From the NCBI GenBank assembly GCA_964483295.1, contig CAZAAD010000003.1, forward strand, positions 15,417 through 79,416: DNA of 64,000 bases, in the 5' to 3' direction. Each line of letters opens with the position of its first letter. Within the stretch, counting starts at the first letter, position 1. Origin of the DNA: an uncultured Gammaproteobacteria bacterium. GTDB lineage: Bacteria; Patescibacteriota; Patescibacteriia; Patescibacteriales; UBA12465. Shown one piece after another: positions 57,514 through 64,000 of this stretch. The position numbers and the translations under genes are program-made. The notes below the pieces were generated by a model. That model did no database searches and was not told the DNA's origin. It saw only the letters and a program-made list of their open reading frames with translations.

Positions 57514-58278
57514 TTATTTAATAAAAAAGTTAGGAAATAGCGGCGGAGTTTTAGCGGCATACTCTTGAAATTCAAGATTTTCCCGATATCTTTCTTCGGC
57601 CAAAGGAACACCAGAAACAAAACGCAGTAATAACGTTATGGTAACCGGACCAATCAAACCAAGATAAAAATAATTAGCTCCCCAAGTCGTCAACCAAAGA
57701 CCCCACCATAAAACGGCTTCGCCAAAATAATTAGGATGACGCGTATATTTCCATAAACCACTAGTCATGATTCTATCTTTATTTTCTGCTCTACCAATAA
57801 ATTGCTTTAGCTGCTGATCGCCAATAATTTCAAAAATTAAACCAAACAGCCAAATAACAATACCGAGCACATTAACCGGCACAAAGCCTTGCTTATCGAA
57901 ATTGGTAACAATAATAATACTAGCGGCCACTAATAACAAAGTCACCCCCTGAAGAAAAAAAACTCTTAACCAAGAATTAAAAACTATAGAACCTTTCCAA
58001 CCAGCCCGCATTTTCTGATAACGTTTATCCTCTTCACTATGTTTTAAAAACCTCCTGCCAATATGATAAGCCAACCTGGTCCCCCAGAATAAAACCATTA
58101 ATAACACCAAAGAAACTCTCAGAGTTGGGTTAAATAACCAACCAATTAGCGCCAACAAAACAAAACCAAGACCCCAGGCCACATCAGCAATATCGTTTCT
58201 TTTTTTTATTATCGCGAAAATAAACCAAAAATTAATAAAAACAAATAAAGCGATCGCCTGTAGCCAAAAAATATTCAT
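57514..58278 (-). CDS. DUF1295 (steroid 5-alpha-reductase-like) membrane protein
   Basis: GLWKYTRHPNYFGEAVLWWGLWL. Confidence 0.75.
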   Translation of the reverse strand: MNIFWLQAIALFVFINFWFIFAIIKKRNDIADVAWGLGFVLLALIGWLFNPTLRVSLVLLMVLFWGTRLAYHIGRRFLKHSEEDKRYQKMRAGWKGSIVFNSWLRVFFLQGVTLLLVAASIIIVTNFDKQGFVPVNVLGIVIWLFGLIFEIIGDQQLKQFIGRAENKDRIMTSGLWKYTRHPNYFGEAVLWWGLWLTTWGANYFYLGLIGPVTITLLLRFVSGVPLAEERYRENLEFQEYAAKTPPLFPNFFIK

Positions 58279-58283
58279 ATCCT

Positions 58284-58691
58284 TTAAATAATATTTTTAG
58301 CAATAAAATAAGCTGCTACTGATACCGAAGATGATAAAACCACTCCCCAAATAATATCAATAATTACGATTTTCCAAGGCCAATCCTTCAAAACAGCTAA
58401 ACTCGTTAAGTCAAAAGTCATATAAGTAAAGAAGCCAAAGAGGGCACCATACAAAAGCGCGTATGACCAAGAATTGTTTCTAATGGCTGGAGAAATAGCA
58501 AAAATAACTAAACCAATAATAAACAAGAGATAAAAAATAACCGCCACTGACCAATTCGGAGTAGATCTCATTAAGTGGCCCATATGTTTTTGATACAAAT
58601 CTTTAGCAATGACTCCTAGCCAAGTTAAATCAATAATAAAGAAAATTGGCACGGCAATGAAATATAGCTTTAAAAAATTAATAATTGTCAT
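58284..58691 (-). CDS. DUF2177 membrane protein
   Basis: Four TM helices, with DLTWLGVIAKDLY near the N-terminus. The family is recalled from memory. Confidence 0.55.
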   Translation of the reverse strand: MTIINFLKLYFIAVPIFFIIDLTWLGVIAKDLYQKHMGHLMRSTPNWSVAVIFYLLFIIGLVIFAISPAIRNNSWSYALLYGALFGFFTYMTFDLTSLAVLKDWPWKIVIIDIIWGVVLSSSVSVAAYFIAKNII

Positions 58692-58705
58692 AAAATTAGT
58701 TTTAC

Positions 58706-59200
58706 TTATGTTAATTGTTTTAATATCTTATTATTAACTAAATATTTTTCAATTTCTTCAGGAGTTTCAGCAGGCGCAAAACGTTTCAGGGGGCTACCCT
58801 CGCGATCAATTAAAAACTTGGTAAAATTCCACTTAATACGCCCACTTAATAATTCGGGGAGTTCTTTTTTTAAATAAACAAAAAGTGGGTGCGCCTCTGC
58901 GCCATTAACTTTTATTTTTTTAAAAATTGGAAAACTAATGCCATAATTAAGCTGGCAAAAAGAAACAATTTCCGCCTCACTACCTGGCTCTTGGCCGGCA
59001 AATTGATTACAAGGAAAAGCTAAAATAACAAAACCTTGATTCCTATAATCTTGATAAAGTTTTTCTAAACCAGCATATTGCTTAGTGAAACCACACTTAC
59101 TGGCAGTATTAACAACTAAAACTACTTGGTCACGATAGTCGGACATTTTAATAATCTGGCCATTAGTAGCCTCGGCTTCAAAATTATAAAAATTAGACAT
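58706..59200 (-). CDS. Glutathione peroxidase (Cys type)
   Basis: [14 protein letters not shown]...[15 protein letters not shown]...[12 protein letters not shown]. Confidence 0.92.
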   Translation of the reverse strand: MSNFYNFEAEATNGQIIKMSDYRDQVVLVVNTASKCGFTKQYAGLEKLYQDYRNQGFVILAFPCNQFAGQEPGSEAEIVSFCQLNYGISFPIFKKIKVNGAEAHPLFVYLKKELPELLSGRIKWNFTKFLIDREGSPLKRFAPAETPEEIEKYLVNNKILKQLT

Positions 59201-59204
59201 AGAA

Positions 59205-59993
59205 TTATAATTTTCTAGTTTTTCTAATAACCGATATTAAGCCAATTAAAAAACCTAAGATACAAACGCCCACGGTAATAATAACTCCTTGATACTGTCC
59301 CGCAAAACCATCCGCTGATAAATGTTTTAATAGAATGCCAGAATAGGCCCAAACTAAAACTAAACCATAAGCCACATTTTTATCTTTCCACATTCTCAGT
59401 GTGCCAATTAATAGTCCGGCTAATAAAACGACTATTGTCCAAATCTGATCAGAAATACCAAAACCATTCCAATTTAAACTCACTAAAAAGACGGTTATGT
59501 TAGCAATAGCGGCGACAGTAATCCAACCAAAATAAATACTAAAAGGGGTGCGGATAAAAATCTTTTCTTGTAGTGATAATTTTTCTTTATTTAAGATATC
59601 AGCAATCTTAATTAAAGAAAATAAAATCACACCCATAATCAAAACCGAAATACCTATAAAATCATAGTGCCAAGAAAAAATCCAAGCGATGTTAGCTAAG
59701 GAGCTGAGAATAAAGTAAAGTCCAACTTTTTTGAAAAGCTCTATCCGACCTTTACCTTTGTCACTTTGAAAAAGGCCGAACTGATACAAAGTATAGCCGG
59801 CCAAAAGTAAATAGATTAAACCCCAGATGGAAAACGTCAACCCAGCGGGCGCAAATAAATTCGGGTAAGCATCAGAAATAGCGCCGGTCGATCGATTATT
59901 AATAGGCAGAGAGTTAGCTAGACCATTAACGGTTATCATAACCAGATAGGTAACGGCGGCTATAATTTTAACTATCACATGTTTATCGCGCAT
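59205..59993 (-). CDS. Polytopic membrane protein, possibly TspO/MBR-related
   Basis: [42 protein letters not shown]. The family assignment is tentative and from memory. Confidence 0.4.
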   Translation of the reverse strand: MRDKHVIVKIIAAVTYLVMITVNGLANSLPINNRSTGAISDAYPNLFAPAGLTFSIWGLIYLLLAGYTLYQFGLFQSDKGKGRIELFKKVGLYFILSSLANIAWIFSWHYDFIGISVLIMGVILFSLIKIADILNKEKLSLQEKIFIRTPFSIYFGWITVAAIANITVFLVSLNWNGFGISDQIWTIVVLLAGLLIGTLRMWKDKNVAYGLVLVWAYSGILLKHLSADGFAGQYQGVIITVGVCILGFLIGLISVIRKTRKL

Positions 59994-60010
59994 ATTTTTA
60001 TTTTTTAAGA

Positions 60011-60181
60011 CTAAATATTTTTTCGAACTATTATAACTTTAATTAAGGTTACTAAACCGAAGAGAAAAATCACTAATCCTAAAAGCTGCCCGCCCGGGCT
60101 ATCATCAGCCCCGCCATAGACAAACATAAATACACCAAGCACCATTGAGAGAAAAGCGTATCCTATTTTAAAATAACTCAT
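60011..60181 (-). CDS. Unannotated 56-aa two-TM ORF coupled to the MGMT gene
   Basis: MSYFKIGYAFLSMVLGVFMFVYGG...LLGLVIFLFGLVTLIKVIIV. Its ATG overlaps the TGA stop of the upstream gene (ATGA). It is too short for the ORF track. Confidence 0.4.
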   Translation of the reverse strand: MSYFKIGYAFLSMVLGVFMFVYGGADDSPGGQLLGLVIFLFGLVTLIKVIIVRKNI

Positions 60182-60504
60182 ACATATCTTTTTAACTTAA
60201 AAAATTTACTATCAAAATCTACTATCTTCCCAGACCGGCAACAAACTCCTTCACTCTTTAACAGTTTTAGTTTCTTATTTTGCCCAGAGAAAAAACCACC
60301 CAGAGAACCGTCACTCTTCACTACCCGATGGCAAGGAACCTGTGGGGCAAACGGATTAACATTCAGGGCGTTGCCAACCGCCCGCACTGCCTTTGGTCAG
60401 CCGATGGCTTGAGCAATCTCAAGATAGGTAGAAACCCTGCCCCGAGGTATTTTGCTTGTCACCTGATAAACACTTTTTTGGAAGGCGGTTATGACAATAT
60501 CCAT
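60178..60504 (-). pseudogene. ogt: MGMT-family methylated-DNA--protein-cysteine methyltransferase interrupted by an in-frame TGA
   Basis: MDIVITAFQKSVYQVTSKIPRGRVSTYLEIAQAIG-TGA-PKAVRAVGNALNVNPFAPQVPCHRVV. The stop at 60397-60399 sits where Arg/Lys/Asn is usual. Confidence 0.7.
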
Positions 60505-60544
60505 ATCTTTATCTTATCCCCAGGCGCCAGTATGGTCAAGCAAT

Positions 60545-60572
60545 CAAAAGCCGGGCGCCAATTGACCCGGCT
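60545..60572 (-). terminator. Intrinsic terminator after the nucleotidyltransferase-fold gene
   Basis: AGCCGGG (60549-60555) pairs with CCCGGCT (60566-60572), with a T-run on the minus strand. Confidence 0.6.
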
Positions 60573-60592
60573 AAAATTAATTTCCCTATAAT

Positions 60593-60994
60593 TTACTTCT
60601 TTTCTGATAAAAAATCTTGCAAAAGTTTAATATCCTGAAAATCCTTTTCCCTGCCCAGAGCCGTCTTAAACTTTATCGTCTCCGGTATATTTAAAAATGG
60701 AAAACCATTTATTATATCAGCCGTTTTAATCGCCTCTTCAACCACTGTCTGATAGGCATCCCAATCAAGCTGCGGGATTATTTCAACATCATCAGCCTGA
60801 AGAAACATCATGTTATGTTTTGCAACTTCTTTATAACTACCCGAATCGCGCAATAAAGTAAAAAGTTTACGCGTTACTACAATATCTAAATCATTAGCCT
60901 CACGCAAATCCCTAGCAGCCAAGGCGCCACTACCGACTACAACATACTCACCCGATGGAAAATTAAGTTCTTTTAGTTTCTTAAAAATATCCAT
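60593..60994 (-). CDS. Small nucleotidyltransferase-fold protein
   Basis: VVVGSGALAARDL...NDLDIVV is the GS...DxD pattern of minimal NTases. The C-terminus is GREKDFQDIKLL. Confidence 0.5.
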   Translation of the reverse strand: MDIFKKLKELNFPSGEYVVVGSGALAARDLREANDLDIVVTRKLFTLLRDSGSYKEVAKHNMMFLQADDVEIIPQLDWDAYQTVVEEAIKTADIINGFPFLNIPETIKFKTALGREKDFQDIKLLQDFLSEKK

Positions 60995-60999
60995 AAAAA

Positions 61000-61719
61000 T
61001 TATTTCTTCTTAAACTTAATCTTGCCTATTTTTTCAAAAATAGGACGGTACAAGTCTTCTTTAATATTAATATCTAATTCGTGGCGATTTATTTTATCCC
61101 TAAATTCAACTGGTGCCTCACTAATAACTGCGAGCGGCTGCTTTTCAGAGCCTTCTCCCATGACTAAAACCGCGGCCGTCGCCAAACTATCAACCACGTC
61201 AGTTTTGGACAACTTTAAAAGTCTGCCAAAAATATCAGCGCTACCGCGATAATCTCTAATACCTTTTAAACCAGCATACCCCAAAGCAATTCCCACAATT
61301 CCCAAGCGCAACGGCAAAAGACGGCTATCAGTTACAATAACACCAATATTTTTAAGTTGATATTTCTTTTTTAGCCAATTTCTAATTTTAGTAGCTGCTA
61401 AAAAACTATCACGGGGTAATAAAATTATCTTACCATCAGCATTTGACTCATCAACGCCCGCCGAAGACATCACCATGTTATCCTTAATCGTCAGCCAAGT
61501 ATATTTCGTTTTCATTGCCCATTGGCTTTCAGCTTTAATAAGACGCTCCCTGGTTTTGTCGTCTTTAATTTCTTCAATCCGACCCTCTGACAAAGATACT
61601 ATCTTGGAGGTTACCACTAAAATAGAATTTTCTTTCACAACCGGAATATATTCTTCTATAAAAGACTGCAAATTTTCGCCTGGCCTAAAAACACGAGTTT
61701 TAATAGCTTGCACCTTCAT
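61000..61719 (-). CDS. CofE-like (F420-0:gamma-glutamyl ligase family) protein
   Basis: ILVVTSKIVSLSEGRI...AGVDESNA...VVTDS resembles the CofE fold family. Confidence 0.5.
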   Translation of the reverse strand: MKVQAIKTRVFRPGENLQSFIEEYIPVVKENSILVVTSKIVSLSEGRIEEIKDDKTRERLIKAESQWAMKTKYTWLTIKDNMVMSSAGVDESNADGKIILLPRDSFLAATKIRNWLKKKYQLKNIGVIVTDSRLLPLRLGIVGIALGYAGLKGIRDYRGSADIFGRLLKLSKTDVVDSLATAAVLVMGEGSEKQPLAVISEAPVEFRDKINRHELDINIKEDLYRPIFEKIGKIKFKKK

Positions 61720-61764
61720 AATGATATAAAAATTTATTTTAATCCTAGAATTTAGACTATATTA

Positions 61765-62475
61765 TTACTTAAGCAAAAGCAACAGGTCAAGCCATTTTTC
61801 TAAATCAGACTCAGCCTTAACGTAACCGGTATAATTAATATCACCACCTTTACTTACCCCAAGATGGAGATGCTTTCTTTCGCCGCTTGTTTCCAAACTA
61901 TAGCCCTCTCCTAATATACCAATTTTATCTCCTGCTAATAAATTTACACCTTGATTTTTATCAATACTAGACAAATCAAGGTGGCCATAAAGTACTGTTA
62001 CGGGTTCAGTATTTACTTCACAACTCTGAACAGCAACACCTCCGTAACCACTAACGTTTCTTGTGATAAGTAGCGGACCATCACAAATCGCAAAAATAGC
62101 AATATCTAAATCTTGTTCATCTTCCCTTATTTCAAAATCAACCCCAGTATGATAGCCGCTAAATTTTTCCGGACTAACCGGCGAAGTCTGTGGGGTAATA
62201 TAAATGCCAAATGGTTTTTTAGTAACCCGACTCACGGCATCACTTATCGGCGCAATCATTTTTATATCATCACCCTTTATATTTTCATCATTATCTATAA
62301 CTTCATCTGAAAAAATAGCTGGTGAGTCTTGGTTATCTTTCACTGGCTCTTCTGAAACAATATCGACAGGTGTAGTTGTAAAAATTATGTCTAATCTAAT
62401 TAAGACAACGAGGGCTAATAAAAAAATAATAGCGCCAATTATGAACAACTTTGTAAAAATATTAAAATTCTTCAT
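61765..62475 (-). CDS. M23 family metallopeptidase, membrane anchored
   Basis: N-terminal TM helix, HTGVDFE, and HLHLGV zinc ligand motifs. Confidence 0.78.
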   Translation of the reverse strand: MKNFNIFTKLFIIGAIIFLLALVVLIRLDIIFTTTPVDIVSEEPVKDNQDSPAIFSDEVIDNDENIKGDDIKMIAPISDAVSRVTKKPFGIYITPQTSPVSPEKFSGYHTGVDFEIREDEQDLDIAIFAICDGPLLITRNVSGYGGVAVQSCEVNTEPVTVLYGHLDLSSIDKNQGVNLLAGDKIGILGEGYSLETSGERKHLHLGVSKGGDINYTGYVKAESDLEKWLDLLLLLK

Positions 62476-62566
62476 GATATATCACATAAAGCTTTGACTT
62501 TAACTTTAATTTTAATAATCCCACTTTACTGGCAAAACGCCGGTAAACGGATAGGCGCCAAATAAG

Positions 62567-62887
62567 GTGTCAGTAACGCCCTCTCCTTCGCTCCCGGGCA
62601 ACCAAGCAGCAACTATCTTACTGGGCTTTCGTTTTGTTTTAAAACTCTTAGGCGCTAATCCTTTGGCCGGGTTTACTAACTTTATTTATACACTTAGCTC
62701 TCCCTTTGCCTCGCCTTTTCTTAATGTTTTCAAAGCTTCAAGAGTTGAGGGCAGCGTATTTGAATGGACCACAATTCTCGCTATTCTTGTCTACTCACTA
62801 GTCGCTTGGGGGATTGTAAAAATATTTTTTATGAGCAAAACAATATCAACACCAGAGGCGGCAACTAAATTAAATGAGGAAGAATAA
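62567..62887 (+). CDS. YggT-like membrane protein
   Basis: Two TM helices, with [16 protein letters not shown]...[13 protein letters not shown]. The GTG start is uncertain. Confidence 0.5.
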   Translation: MSVTPSPSLPGNQAATILLGFRFVLKLLGANPLAGFTNFIYTLSSPFASPFLNVFKASRVEGSVFEWTTILAILVYSLVAWGIVKIFFMSKTISTPEAATKLNEEE

Positions 62888-62911
62888 AAATAATATATAA
62901 CAAATAAATTT

Positions 62912-63160
62912 ATGGGTATACTTCTTTGGATAATTTTTGGAGGATTAGCTGGCTGGATTGCCTCTTTAATAATGAAAACTGACGCCCAGCAAGGTATTAT
63001 TTTAAATATTGTTATCGGTATTGTTGGCGCGGTGATTGGCGGTTGGGTTATGAGTCTGCTCGGTCAGGGCGGCGTTGGTGGCTTTAATATTTATAGCTTT
63101 CTGGTCGCGATATTAGGAGCAGTGATTCTGATTTGGATTGTTAAGGCTTTAAGAAAATAA
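62912..63160 (+). CDS. GlsB/YeaQ/YmgE family stress membrane protein
   Basis: [18 protein letters not shown]...[15 protein letters not shown]. Confidence 0.85.
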   Translation: MGILLWIIFGGLAGWIASLIMKTDAQQGIILNIVIGIVGAVIGGWVMSLLGQGGVGGFNIYSFLVAILGAVILIWIVKALRK

Positions 63161-63185
63161 AATTAGATTTGGAACTTTTTTGAAT

Positions 63186-63226
63186 AAAAAGAAACCCTGA
63201 AACTTTGTTAGCTTCAGGGTTTTTAT
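63186..63226. terminator. Bidirectional intrinsic terminator
   Basis: AACCCTGAA (63193-63201) pairs with TTCAGGGTT (63213-63221), flanked by A and T runs. Confidence 0.8.
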
Positions 63227-63229
63227 TTT

Positions 63230-64000
63230 TTAATATAAGGTGCGGTTGTAAAATTTAAGCTCCAATCTACCATTTTCTCCGGCATTACTATTACAGAAAT
63301 ATTGAGTTATGCCACAATTTTTTGGCTTAAATTTCTCATCAAGTTCAATAAATTCTTCCGGAGACAAACGCTCTAAGTTAGCACGAAAAGATAAAATTGT
63401 TAGATGATGAGTAATTAATAACACATGTTTATTTGCAAATTCTCTAATTAACATAACAACTTCATCATGGCACCTTTGTCTAACCTCTGCCACGGACTCT
63501 CCTTGTGGAAATTGGTACCAATACGGCCCAAGCAATTCATAAAGTTTTTTTTGCTCTGGATGTAAAACATTAAAAATTCTCCAATCATTATACAATAATG
63601 ACAACCCATGTTCCTGTTCACGAATTCTTTCGTCAGGAAATTGAGGAACATTTTTAATATCAGGCCACCCTTTAATAATTTGATTCAATGTTTCAACAGT
63701 CCTTAAATAAGGCGATACCATAATAACATCTGGCTTATATATTATCTTGGATAAATTTTGACCAGTAACAAAAGACTGATTTTGTCCATTAATAGTTAGC
63801 GGGGTTCCATAATCACTAGTCTTTAGCGAATACTTGCTTTCCATTTCTTGTGCCAGCTTAATAGTTATCTTTGATTCATGATCTTTTTCATACTCTTCCT
63901 TGAATTTCTGATACGATTCATCTTTATTCTTTGCAAGACTAAGAGCATTATAAGCCGACTCTCCATGTCTAATCAAAGTTACACTTTTTGGCCATTTCAT
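63230..64000 (-). CDS. Histidine phosphatase (phosphoglycerate mutase-like) family protein
   Basis: VTLIRHGESAYN is the RHG motif, with a later H in LITHHLTI. The ATG is the last three bases of the window. Confidence 0.75.
   Translation of the reverse strand: MKWPKSVTLIRHGESAYNALSLAKNKDESYQKFKEEYEKDHESKITIKLAQEMESKYSLKTSDYGTPLTINGQNQSFVTGQNLSKIIYKPDVIMVSPYLRTVETLNQIIKGWPDIKNVPQFPDERIREQEHGLSLLYNDWRIFNVLHPEQKKLYELLGPYWYQFPQGESVAEVRQRCHDEVVMLIREFANKHVLLITHHLTILSFRANLERLSPEEFIELDEKFKPKNCGITQYFCNSNAGENGRLELKFYNRTLY

Noticed and set aside
60397-60399. TGA read as a sense codon (an alternative genetic code, as in Gracilibacteria/Absconditabacteria)
   Set aside because: Under the standard code, ORFs of 1033, 787, 707, 674 and 664 aa are uninterrupted. 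TGA also serves as the terminal stop of the GT-C gene (15604-15606, ATGA overlap with miaB) and of this MGMT gene itself (60178-60180). A single internal TGA is better explained by mutation, error or read-through.

Overview
This is an AT-rich, very gene-dense chromosomal segment with about 75 CDS, mostly on the minus strand. Many genes are separated by only 1-13 nt or share ATGA start/stop overlaps. I found no rRNA, tRNA, CRISPR array, transposase or integrase. The gene style suggests a small-genome uncultivated bacterium of the Patescibacteria/CPR type: compact housekeeping genes, many GT2 and GT-C envelope glycosyltransferases, an F-type ATPase with no respiratory chain in view, and many DUF membrane proteins. 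That placement is inference only; no search was run. The standard code applies, since TGA ends at least two genes. From left to right the window holds: recR (partial), rplU and murA; a galU plus three-GT2 cluster; a contiguous thymidylate cluster (dCMP deaminase, thyA, a RibD_C-type reductase, a P-loop kinase, and a Tmk-Dut fusion); gatB, miaA and miaB; two divergent giant membrane proteins; a csoR-controlled copper operon whose P1B ATPase has an unusual duplicated C-terminal extension; mltG, uppP and an orphan gene; the complete atp operon, whose c subunit carries a Na+-type two-carboxylate motif; tatD; a small CC/HH-rich peptide gene; a CIRCE-controlled hrcA-grpE-hsp20-dnaK-dnaJ operon in which GrpE is fused to DUF1653; PBP2; a two-component system linked to an isoprenoid-synthase-like ORF, a GT2 and a TPR membrane protein; a small redox locus (exported ferredoxin-like lipoprotein, DUF4405-like membrane protein, a strongly signalled secreted protein, hemerythrin); a cfa / DUF1365 / FAD-oxidoreductase / DUF1295 / DUF2177 / Gpx lipid-modification and oxidative-stress cluster; and an MGMT gene interrupted by an in-frame TGA. 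All functional calls come from motif recognition in the translated ORFs, not from database searches.
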